Shown: positions 35,203 to 44,887 of the stretch, in pieces
Position numbering within the stretch: position 1 is the first letter of the stretch
Layout: every line of letters begins with the position of its first letter
From: Chloroflexota bacterium
GTDB lineage: Bacteria > Chloroflexota > Limnocylindria > Limnocylindrales > CSP1-4
Reading direction: 5' to 3'
NCBI GenBank assembly: GCA_003171255.1
Contig: PMYK01000054.1
Coordinates: forward strand, 121,229-185,228
Length of the DNA: 64,000 bases
The notes under the pieces: generated by a model
What the model was told of the DNA's origin: nothing
The model's input: only the letters and a program-made list of their open reading frames with translations
Databases searched by the model: none
Program-made: the position numbers and the translations under genes

Positions 35203-36747
35203 TCAACGCGCCAGAGCCCGCACGAGTAGCTCCGCGATCCGATAGCTCCGGCCGCCGCCCATCACAAGGACGGCATCGCCGGGACGAACCTGGTTGGCCA
35301 GCCACTCCGCGGTTTGCTCGACTGAGCCCGTGGCGGCGGCGGTCAGGCCCCGCCTCTTGCGTGCGGTGGCCTCGGCCAGGGCAGCGGCGGAAGTGATCGT
35401 CGTGTCCGGGTCCCGGCTCGCCCAGATGTCCGCGATGGCGACGGCATCGGCGGTGGCCAGGACCTCGGCGAAGTCATCGAGCATCGCCGCCGTGCGGTGG
35501 TATGTGAGCGGCTCGTAGACGGCCCAGATGCGCCGATCCGGCTCCAGCTGGCGCAGCGCCGCCAGCGTCTCGCGTATCGCCGTGGGGTGATGGCCGTAGT
35601 CGTCGTAGACCACGACTCCTCTCCCCTCCCCCTTTCGCTCCAGGCGCCGCCCCACGCCGCTGAAGCTCCCCAGAGCCGCCGCGAGCACCTCGGGCGCCAC
35701 ACCGAGTGCCAGCGCCGCCCCCGCCACTCCCAGAGCATTGGCGGCGTTGTGTCGGCCGGCGAGCTTCAGGTGCGTCGTCAGTGCCCCGGCCAGGGCAAAC
35801 CCCTCCAGTCGGAGCGTCGTGCCCAACGGATCGGCAGCCACGATCCTGCCGGCGAGGAAGCCGTCTGAGCCGACGGCTCCGCCCGCAGCTCCGCCCGCCG
35901 CCCCGCCGGCGGCGTCGGAGAGCCCCGTCCTGACGACCCGGCCGGGCCAGGAGGTCAGGCAAGCGGCGATCTCGGCGACGCCCGGGTCGCCGACGTTCGC
36001 CACGAGAATGGGCTGCGCCACGGTCTCGCAAGCTCGTTCCAGCCAGGCATGGAAGGTGTCGAGCACGGCCGCACGGTCGGCGAACACATCGGGGTGATCC
36101 CATTCGGCCGACGTGAGGACCGCGATATCCGGCCGATACGGGTCGAAGTTGCCGGCGTACTCGTCGGCCTCCACCACGAACGGCTTTCCGCCGCCCCACC
36201 GCGCCGTGGACGGCAGGCCGCCGGTGAGCTGCCCAGGCAGAAGTGCGCCCACGAAGGCACTGGGATCGAGGCCCGCCGCGACGAGGACGTGAACGAGCCA
36301 GCCCGACGTGGTGCTCTTGCCGTGCGTGCCGGCCACGCCAACCAGCGTCCGGCCGACGGCCGCGTCGGCGATGACCTGCTGCCACGGCTCGACCGGCACG
36401 GACGATGCCCTGGCCGCAGCCAGCTCCGAATTGTTCGGGTCGACTGCAGTCAGGGCCTTTGTCACGGCCAGGCGCTCCGGTGGCACCGCGCCGGTTACGT
36501 GGCGCGGATCGTGGGCCCAATCGAGGTGTATGCCGGCGGCCTCGAGGGGCGGCGTATACGGCGACGGCCCGCCCGGATCGCAGCCACTGACCGCCGCGCC
36601 CCGGTGATGAGCAAGCAGCGCCGCGGCGCTCGCGCCTGCACCGGCGGCTCCCACGACGTGTATCCGCTCCCCCTCGCGAACCGGCCGCGGCTCTCTGGCG
36701 GGGGCCAGGCCGCTTCCGACCGACGCCGCTCCCCGGACGGGGCTCAC
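35203..36747 (-). CDS. murC: Mur ligase (UDP-N-acetylmuramate--L-alanine ligase MurC / Mpl-like)
   Basis: 'IHVVGAAGAGASAAALL', 'GVAGTHGKSTTS', 'EADEYAGNF' and 'DDYGHHP' are present. A GTG at 36747 forms a GTGA overlap with the cinA stop; the longest ORF starts at 36783. Confidence 0.75.
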   Translation of the reverse strand: MSPVRGAASVGSGLAPAREPRPVREGERIHVVGAAGAGASAAALLAHHRGAAVSGCDPGGPSPYTPPLEAAGIHLDWAHDPRHVTGAVPPERLAVTKALTAVDPNNSELAAARASSVPVEPWQQVIADAAVGRTLVGVAGTHGKSTTSGWLVHVLVAAGLDPSAFVGALLPGQLTGGLPSTARWGGGKPFVVEADEYAGNFDPYRPDIAVLTSAEWDHPDVFADRAAVLDTFHAWLERACETVAQPILVANVGDPGVAEIAACLTSWPGRVVRTGLSDAAGGAAGGAAGGAVGSDGFLAGRIVAADPLGTTLRLEGFALAGALTTHLKLAGRHNAANALGVAGAALALGVAPEVLAAALGSFSGVGRRLERKGEGRGVVVYDDYGHHPTAIRETLAALRQLEPDRRIWAVYEPLTYHRTAAMLDDFAEVLATADAVAIADIWASRDPDTTITSAAALAEATARKRRGLTAAATGSVEQTAEWLANQVRPGDAVLVMGGGRSYRIAELLVRALAR

Positions 36748-37256
36748 GCCGTCCCGCCGGTCCGGGCTCGCGCCGACACGCACTCCAGCAACAGCTCCAC
36801 CGCGGCCCGGGCGCTGGCTTCTCGATTCGCGGCGCGGTCGCCGGTCCAGACGAACCGGCGAACCTCGACACCTTCGGCAGTTGCGACCGCAACGTAGCTC
36901 AGCCCGACCGGCTTGGCAGGGCTGCCGCCGCCGGGCCCGGCGACTCCGGTGACCGCTACCGCAAGATCGGCACCGGTACGGCTCAACGCCCCCGACGCCA
37001 TCGATCGCGCCACCTGGGCGCTCACAGCCCCGTGTGCGGCGAGCTGATCCTCGGCCACGCCGAGCAAACGCGTCTTCGCCTCATCCGCGTACGAGACGAC
37101 GCCGCCGCGGAAGTAGCCACTCGATCCGGCGAGGTCGGTAATGAGCTTGGCGACGAGTCCGCCGGTGCAGGATTCAGCCGTCGCGACGGACACTCCCCGT
37201 TCGAGGCAGTTCGCCTGCAAGCGCTCGACAAGCTGGCTGAGTGGCTCGCCGTCCAA
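36744..37256 (-). CDS. pncC: CinA-type nicotinamide-nucleotide amidohydrolase (PncC domain)
   Basis: 'ATAESCTGGLVA', 'GGVVSYADEAK' and 'AVAVTGVAGPGGG' are present. A TTG start at 37256 lies 8 nt after the upstream stop; the ORF-track start at 37493 overlaps rodZ. Confidence 0.7.
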   Translation of the reverse strand: MDGEPLSQLVERLQANCLERGVSVATAESCTGGLVAKLITDLAGSSGYFRGGVVSYADEAKTRLLGVAEDQLAAHGAVSAQVARSMASGALSRTGADLAVAVTGVAGPGGGSPAKPVGLSYVAVATAEGVEVRRFVWTGDRAANREASARAAVELLLECVSARARTGGTA

Positions 37257-37263
37257 CGCCCGC

Positions 37264-38679
37264 TCAGCCGCAGGCTGCGGCGTACTTGGGCCCGTTGATG
37301 TCGAAGGCGACGCGTTGACCGCCGAACGAACTGACCGGCCCATACGACGTCCCGTTGAAGGTGATGAACACGACGTCCGGACGGGCGGTGTAGACGCAGG
37401 CGGACTTGGTTCCCACAAACGACACCTTGTAGCCGTCGACGAAGGTGCTCGAATCGATGGCCGTGCCGTCTCGCCAGTACTTGAACCAGGCATCGCCGCC
37501 CTTGACCTCTAACGTCACGTTCAAGCCCTTGAACGGGACCGAGATCGTGCGCGATACCGCCTTCGTCGGAACCCCCTTTGCTGTGGTGCCGACCAGGGTC
37601 AGCTGCCAACGACCCGGATCAAGCTGGGTCGCCAGCGCGAAGGTGCCGTCGGGCGCGGTCCCGATCGACGTGGGCTGCGGTCCGGGGCTGGCCGACGGTC
37701 CGGCCGGCGTCGAGGGTGAGCTGCCGGCCACGAGGCTGGGCGCGGCCGGCGAGGGCGTCGCAGGCGGAGGGGTCGCTCCGGCCGCGAGCGGCGGACCGAG
37801 GTAGGTCGAGGTGAGCGTGACCGTCGACACCTCGATCGTGGATCCCGTCACGTTCACGTCTCCGTTGGCGACGGACGCCAGATCGGCAGGCGTGGTGAAC
37901 GCCACTTCAGGGACCAGAGGGCTCGGCGTAGCCACCGGAACGAAGACGATCAACCTGACCGTCGAGCTGGCGTGGCTGGTGTCGAGGTTCTTGGCGGTAA
38001 CGTCGAACTGATTACTGCCCGAGCGAAGGATCGCGTGGTAGGTCCAGTGCCCGCCGTCGTCGGTGATGACGATCTGGGGATCCTGCCCGTTCCACGCGAT
38101 GAGGACGGTCGTCCCGGCCGTAGCCGTGCCGGTCAGGGTGTAGTCGGTGGTGCCGATGGCGACGTAGATCGGCGAGGGGCCTGCAGACTCAACGGCGATC
38201 GTCGGATACGAGAGATACCTCGTCAGCTGGTAGCCGAAGTAGCTGCCGATGAGGGCCACGATGATCACCACCATGGCGATGACCATGTGGCTTCGCTGGA
38301 AGACGATGCCGCGCCGGATGGTCATCGGCTGGGGCCCGACGACCATCGGAAGCACAGGCGCCGCGTGGCCGGCCTCCTCGCGCCATTCCTCTTCGATCTC
38401 GTCGGCATCCAGACCCAGGTAGGTCGCGTAGTTCCTCAGGAAGCCGCGCGCGTACACGTCGCCGGGCAGGTCCACAAAGTCGCCGTCTTCGAGAGCGGCC
38501 AGAAACTTGGACCTGATCTTCGTGTCGCGCTCGACGCGGAAGAGGTCTACCCCTCTGATTTCCCTGGCGTCTCGCAGCTTCTCGCCGACCGGCGACCGTC
38601 CATCCTGGCCGGACGCTGCAAAGACTCGATGGCCAACGGCCCGGCGCGATGGACGGCGCGTTGGGTTGGGAGTCGTCAT
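37264..38679 (-). CDS. rodZ: RodZ-like cytoskeleton/morphogenesis protein (HTH + TM + extracellular domain)
   Basis: 'GEKLRDAREIRGVDLFRVERDTKIRSKFLAALEDGDFVDLPGDVYARGFLRNYATYLGLD' matches the RodZ HTH_25 region and is followed by a TM segment. Confidence 0.7.
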   Translation of the reverse strand: MTTPNPTRRPSRRAVGHRVFAASGQDGRSPVGEKLRDAREIRGVDLFRVERDTKIRSKFLAALEDGDFVDLPGDVYARGFLRNYATYLGLDADEIEEEWREEAGHAAPVLPMVVGPQPMTIRRGIVFQRSHMVIAMVVIIVALIGSYFGYQLTRYLSYPTIAVESAGPSPIYVAIGTTDYTLTGTATAGTTVLIAWNGQDPQIVITDDGGHWTYHAILRSGSNQFDVTAKNLDTSHASSTVRLIVFVPVATPSPLVPEVAFTTPADLASVANGDVNVTGSTIEVSTVTLTSTYLGPPLAAGATPPPATPSPAAPSLVAGSSPSTPAGPSASPGPQPTSIGTAPDGTFALATQLDPGRWQLTLVGTTAKGVPTKAVSRTISVPFKGLNVTLEVKGGDAWFKYWRDGTAIDSSTFVDGYKVSFVGTKSACVYTARPDVVFITFNGTSYGPVSSFGGQRVAFDINGPKYAAACG

Positions 38680-41045
38680 ATATCTTCCTCGCCGTGTCCA
38701 CTCGTCGGCTTCGAGGGCGCGGCGTCTCGAAGGAGCACCTGCCGCGCGTTCGATCCGTCGAACGGCCCTATGTATCCGCGAGCCTCGAGCTGGTCGATGA
38801 TCCGAGCGGCTCGGGCGTACCCGATCTTGAGGCGCCGCTGGAGCAGCGACGCAGATGCACGATCGTACTCCCGGATGACACCTACGGCATCGAGCAGCAG
38901 GCGATCGGCCTCGTCATCGACCGAATCGTCGGCATGGGCTTCGGGCTCTTCGCCCGTGTCGACAATGCCCATGTCGTAGTGCGGCTCCGCTTCGGCCCGC
39001 CAGTGCTCGCAGATGTTGGCGATCTCCTTGTCGGAGACAAACACGCCCTGAAGACGGATCGGGCGGGGCAGGTCGGCCGGCTGGAAGAGCATGTCGCCCC
39101 GGCCGATCAAGTCTTCCGCGCCGGGCATGTCGATGATGGTCCGAGAGTCGATCTGGGAGGCCATCGCGAAGGCGATTCGACTCGGGAAGTTGGCTTTGAT
39201 GAGACCTGTGACCACGTTCACCGACGGCCGCTGAGTCGCCAGGACCATGTGAACGCCCGTGGCCCGGGCCTTCTGGGCGAGCCGCACCACCGGCTCTTCG
39301 ACGTTCTTGCCCTCGCGCATCATCAGGTCGGCCAGCTCGTCGATGATCAGCACTATGTAGGGCAGCCGGTCGGCCGGATCAGCTCTTGTCTCGTTGAAAC
39401 CGGCCAGGTTTCGGGCATTGGCGCCGGCGAAGCGCCGGTACCTGTTCTCCATCTCGGCGACGGCCCACTTGAGCGCCGCCTTGGCGCGATCGGGCTCGGT
39501 GATGACTGGCACCAGCAGATGCGGCAGGCCGTTGTAGGCCGACAGCTCCACGCGCTTGAGGTCGACGAGCACCAGCCGAACCTCGTCGGGCGTGGAGTTG
39601 CACAACAGGCTCGAGATCAGCGCATTGACCATCACGCTCTTGCCCGAACCGGTGGCGCCGGCGATCAGCAGGTGCGGCATCTTGCCCAGGTCGGCGGCAC
39701 GCGCATGGCCGGCAACATCACGGCCGAGGGCGAAGGTCAGCTTCGACGCCGCCCGGAAGTCAACTTCCTCGAGGATTCGCCGCAGGGCGACGATGTTGAA
39801 GTCCTTGTTCGGGATCTCGAGGCCGACCACGCTCTTGCCGGGGATCGGTGCCTCGATCCGGATCGTGCGGGCGGCCAGGGCCATGGCCAGGTCGTCCGAG
39901 AGCGCCTCGATGCGGCTGACCTTGATCTCAGGCGATGGCTCGACCTCGTACTGGGTCACGACCGGGCCCGCGTTCCATGTGACTACACGGGCCGGGATGC
40001 TGAAGCTGGAGAGCTTGGCCACGATGATTGCCGCGTTCCGCTCGTGGTCCATGCCGCTGTCGCCAATGCGTGGAGCGATGTTCTCGAGCAGCGCCAGCGG
40101 CGGCAGGTGGTACTCGGGCCGCGCCTTCTCGGCCGTGGCCACGACCCCGCCGAGCTTCGACTGGGCGGGGGCGTCGAGCCCGGGGCGCGGGCCGCGTATC
40201 GCGGTTCCGTCGCGGATCGATCCGCCCTCGCGCCCGCCCTGGGGCAATGGCCCGCCGTCGCGCGAGGTCGAACCGGCCACGACCTGTGGCGCGAAGGTCA
40301 CCGAAGTGGGTCCGAGGTTGGGAATGGCGATCGGAATCGAGGGCGTGCGCTCGTCACCGAAACGTCGCGGTTCGGCCGGGACCGCTTCCTTGGCGACCTT
40401 CTCCGGCCGGTCCGCCTTGGTCGGCGCGGAGGTGAGGCCGGCCGAGGGCGACTCCGGGACGGGCCTGAACAGCACGGCCATGGCCCGCGACACGAGGCGC
40501 CCCAAGGGAGCCATTACCGCAGGCAGAGACATGTCCAGAGCCAACAGAATGCCCGTAACCATCAGGATGGTGAGGATGGCGAAGGCACCGGGCGATGTCA
40601 CCAGCGGCGAAAGGAAGTGCGCCAGCGCTTTGCCGAGGTACCCGCCATTCGGCCACCTGGCCTCTAGGAGACCGAACAGACCCAGCAGCGACCCGTAGGC
40701 CAGCGCGCTGCCGAGAAGCGTGAGCTCCCAGTCCCAGTGTGCACCCTCCGCCCGCTCCAGGTAGTAGCCGAGCAGGATAAGCAAGATGGGCAACAGCCAG
40801 CGAGCGGTCCCGAACCACGGCGCAACCGCATCGCGCTCCAAATCGGTGAGGTGACCGCCCACAATGGTCAGACCTATCAGCAGCGACACACCCACCAGAA
40901 GCATGACCAGGCCGATCAGCTGGCGCACGATCTCGATCGGTACGGTCCAGCCACGACCCGACCGGCGCCGCCTTGCGGGTGGCGTGGCGCGGCCGGCCCG
41001 GGTGGAACTCGGGCGGCTCCTGGCTGAGGAGGTTCGTGCGGGCAT
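38676..41045 (-). CDS. ftsK: DNA translocase FtsK/SpoIIIE
   Basis: N-terminal TM segments, 'LLIAGATGSGKS' (Walker A), 'IVLIIDELADLMM', 'ATQRPSV' and the C-terminal gamma-domain 'ASASLLQRRLKIGYARAARIIDQLE' are all present. Confidence 0.9.
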   Translation of the reverse strand: MPARTSSARSRPSSTRAGRATPPARRRRSGRGWTVPIEIVRQLIGLVMLLVGVSLLIGLTIVGGHLTDLERDAVAPWFGTARWLLPILLILLGYYLERAEGAHWDWELTLLGSALAYGSLLGLFGLLEARWPNGGYLGKALAHFLSPLVTSPGAFAILTILMVTGILLALDMSLPAVMAPLGRLVSRAMAVLFRPVPESPSAGLTSAPTKADRPEKVAKEAVPAEPRRFGDERTPSIPIAIPNLGPTSVTFAPQVVAGSTSRDGGPLPQGGREGGSIRDGTAIRGPRPGLDAPAQSKLGGVVATAEKARPEYHLPPLALLENIAPRIGDSGMDHERNAAIIVAKLSSFSIPARVVTWNAGPVVTQYEVEPSPEIKVSRIEALSDDLAMALAARTIRIEAPIPGKSVVGLEIPNKDFNIVALRRILEEVDFRAASKLTFALGRDVAGHARAADLGKMPHLLIAGATGSGKSVMVNALISSLLCNSTPDEVRLVLVDLKRVELSAYNGLPHLLVPVITEPDRAKAALKWAVAEMENRYRRFAGANARNLAGFNETRADPADRLPYIVLIIDELADLMMREGKNVEEPVVRLAQKARATGVHMVLATQRPSVNVVTGLIKANFPSRIAFAMASQIDSRTIIDMPGAEDLIGRGDMLFQPADLPRPIRLQGVFVSDKEIANICEHWRAEAEPHYDMGIVDTGEEPEAHADDSVDDEADRLLLDAVGVIREYDRASASLLQRRLKIGYARAARIIDQLEARGYIGPFDGSNARQVLLRDAAPSKPTSGHGEEDI

Positions 41046-42713
41046 CTACACCTCCACCACAACCGGGAACACGAGCGGCCGACGACGCGTCTGCTCGTAC
41101 AGGTAGCGCGAGACCACATCCTTGATCTTCGTCTTCACCAGCCCGACCTCGCTGGTCCGATCGCCGGGGCTCTCGATGGCGGCCAAGATGTGCTCGACGG
41201 CACCGAGCATCAGCGGGTCGGACTCGTTGCCGTGCACGAAGCCGCGAGTCACGATCTCCGGCCGGGCAACGACCCTGCCGGTCTGCTTGTCGACGGTCAC
41301 GACCACGATGAACATGCCGTCGCTGGCGAGGGCGCGGCGGTCGCGCAGCACAACCTCGCCGACATCCCCAACCGACAGGCCGTCGACGAGAACGTAGCCC
41401 GCCGTCACCGGAGCCGCCCGTCGGGCGCTGCCGTCGGCGAAGAACTCGATCGCCTGGCCGTTCTCGATGATAAAGACGTTCTCGGGGGCCACACCGGTCT
41501 CGACGGCCAGGCGGCCATGCTGCACCAGCATCCTGAACTCGCCGTGAATCGGGATGAAGTACTTGGGCCGCGTCAGGCCCAGCATGAGCTTCAGCTCTTC
41601 CTGACTGGCGTGACCCGAGACGTGGGCGTGTTTGACGGTGTGGTAGTAGACGTTGGCACCGGCCTTGAAGAGGTTGTCTATCGTGCGTGCCACGTACTCC
41701 TCGTTGCCGGGGATCGGGCTGGCGCTGACGATGACGGTATCGCCGGGCTGGATCTCGACGAATCGATGGTCGTGGTTGGCCATGCGGGCCAGGCCGGCCA
41801 TCGGCTCGCCCTGGGCGCCGGTCGTGGCGATGACGATCTTGGCCGCGGCCATCGACCCGATCTGGTCCTTGGGCACCACCTGGCCCGGGGCGTGGGTCAG
41901 GTAGCCAAGGTCCGTGGCGATGCGGAAGTTCTGCTCCATCGACCTGCCCACGACCGCCACCTTGCGCTCGAACGTCGCTGCGGCATCGATGACCTGCTGG
42001 ATGCGCGCGATGTTGCTGGCGAACGTGGCCACGATGACCCGGCCATCGAGCGGCTCCATGATCTCGCGGAAAGTCTCACCCACGGTCCGCTCGGAAAGCG
42101 TGTAGCCGGGGCTCTCGGCCCGTGTTGAGTCGGACAGCAGGCAGACGACCCCGTCCTCGCCCAGCCGGGACAGGACGGCGAAATCGGAGCGGCGACCGTC
42201 CACGGGCGTGTGGTCGAACTTGAAGTCGCCCGTCGTTACAACCGTCCCAACCGGCGTGTGAAGGGCCAGGCCCATCGCATCCGGGATCGAGTGGCTGATC
42301 CGGAACGGCTCGACGCGGAACGGCCCGATCTGCAGCATGTCCCCGGGGTCGAGCGGCAGCAGCGGGTTCGAGTGGAGCTTGTGTTCCTTGATCTTGATGC
42401 CCAGCAGGCCGCGGGCCAGGACCGACGCATAGACGGGAACGCCGGGCAGCTGAGGCAGCACGTACGGCAGCGCCCCCACGTGATCTTCGTGGGCGTGGGT
42501 AATCAGGAACGCACGAACCTTGTCGCGGTTCTCTTTGAGGTAGGTGACGTCCGGAATGACGAGGTCGATTCCGAACATCTCCGCGTCGGGGAACATGAGC
42601 CCACAGTCGACGACGACGATGTCGTCGCCGTACTCGAAGACGTACATGTTCTTGCCGATCTCCCCCACGCCTCCGAGGGGGATGATCCGGAGCGGGGTTT
42701 CGCTATCTGGCAT
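41046..42713 (-). CDS. rnj: ribonuclease J
   Basis: It has the metallo-beta-lactamase motif 'ITHAHEDHVGALPY', a beta-CASP region and 'HVSGHASQEEL'. Confidence 0.9.
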   Translation of the reverse strand: MPDSETPLRIIPLGGVGEIGKNMYVFEYGDDIVVVDCGLMFPDAEMFGIDLVIPDVTYLKENRDKVRAFLITHAHEDHVGALPYVLPQLPGVPVYASVLARGLLGIKIKEHKLHSNPLLPLDPGDMLQIGPFRVEPFRISHSIPDAMGLALHTPVGTVVTTGDFKFDHTPVDGRRSDFAVLSRLGEDGVVCLLSDSTRAESPGYTLSERTVGETFREIMEPLDGRVIVATFASNIARIQQVIDAAATFERKVAVVGRSMEQNFRIATDLGYLTHAPGQVVPKDQIGSMAAAKIVIATTGAQGEPMAGLARMANHDHRFVEIQPGDTVIVSASPIPGNEEYVARTIDNLFKAGANVYYHTVKHAHVSGHASQEELKLMLGLTRPKYFIPIHGEFRMLVQHGRLAVETGVAPENVFIIENGQAIEFFADGSARRAAPVTAGYVLVDGLSVGDVGEVVLRDRRALASDGMFIVVVTVDKQTGRVVARPEIVTRGFVHGNESDPLMLGAVEHILAAIESPGDRTSEVGLVKTKIKDVVSRYLYEQTRRRPLVFPVVVEV

Positions 42714-42751
42714 CGATGCTCGCGTGACGGGAACGTGACGTTGTGTTCATC

Positions 42752-43503
42752 CTAGAAGAGGGGGAGCTGGTCTGTGGGGTCGGATTCGGCACCTTCGGGA
42801 TCCAATTCGCCGACCGCCTGGATCGGCGCGTCGGACGTCGGGCTCGGCTCGGCGCCGGCGGCAGGATCGACTCGGGCCTCAACGGGCCCCGGTGCCGGCT
42901 CCGGCGCGGCGCTGCGCTGCTTTCGGGCCTCCAGCAGCGCCCCAGGCACGCCCTGCATGTCCCGGAACAGCGTCTCGTTGAGGGATCCCTGGTGGAGCGC
43001 CGCCGCCGGGTGGTACATGGCGTAGGTGAGTGCGTTTGGGGCCCCGGACTCCGGATCCGCCAACCGGAACGTGCCGTGGACCTGCCCGATCCGCGCCCCC
43101 GGGTAGAAGCGGGCCATCGAAAATCGGCCGAGTGTAACCACCAGCGCCGGATCGAGAACTTCCAGCTGGCGCGTCAGGAACGGCGCGCAGGCGGTGATCT
43201 CGGCCGGCTCGGGGTCTCGGTTCTCGGGCGGACGGCATTTGACTACGTTGGTGATGAAGACCTCCTGGCGAGACCATAGGACGGAGGCAAGTAGGGCGTC
43301 CAGCTTAGCGCCGGCCTGACCAACGAAGGGCTTTCCCTGCCGATCCTCATTGAAGCCCGGTCCCTCGCCGACGAAGACGACCTCGGTGGCCGCGGTGCCT
43401 TCGCCCGGTACGGCGTTGGTCCGCGTCACGTGGAGCCGGCAGTTGGTGCAGGCCGCCACCTCCGCCCCGATGGCGTCGAGCGCCGCCTGGCGCTCGACCT
43501 CGA

Positions 43504-43507
<4 letters not shown>
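42752..43507 (-). CDS. udg: family 4 uracil-DNA glycosylase with Pro/Glu-rich C-terminal tail
   Basis: 'CTNCRL', 'VFVGEGPGFNEDRQGKPFVGQAG', 'ITNVVKCRPP' and 'HPAAAL' are present. The GTG start forms a GTGA overlap with the asd stop. Confidence 0.8.
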
Positions 43508-44577
<1,070 letters not shown>

Positions 44578-44612
44578 AGCTCCACTTCGGCTTGATGCTT
44601 ACGGCGGGCCGA

Positions 44613-44621
44613 ATTATACCA
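44613..44621 (-). promoter_or_regulatory. extended -10 promoter element TGgTATAAT upstream of asd
   Basis: The reverse complement of 44613-44621 reads tggtataat, about 36 nt upstream of the asd ATG. No clear -35 was found. Confidence 0.35.
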
Positions 44622-44887
44622 GCCGACCCAGTCGGGGCAGGTCGAAGCTGAATAGGCCGAGCCTCTAGCCGGTCCTTATCCGACGCGTGCGCGCCACCCG
44701 GCTACCGAGCATGCAACGTCACGGGGTGTACAGCTCGGCCGAGTTGGGGGGCGATCCGAGCGTTCGCCAACGCCCCCCCGCTACGAGCACGTGTCCATCG
44801 GGCAGCAGTGTTGCCGAGAGCATACACAGAGGCCGACCGTCGCCGGCCGGCCTCTGTTCGCGATCGCGATGGGGTGAGAGCCCGAGG

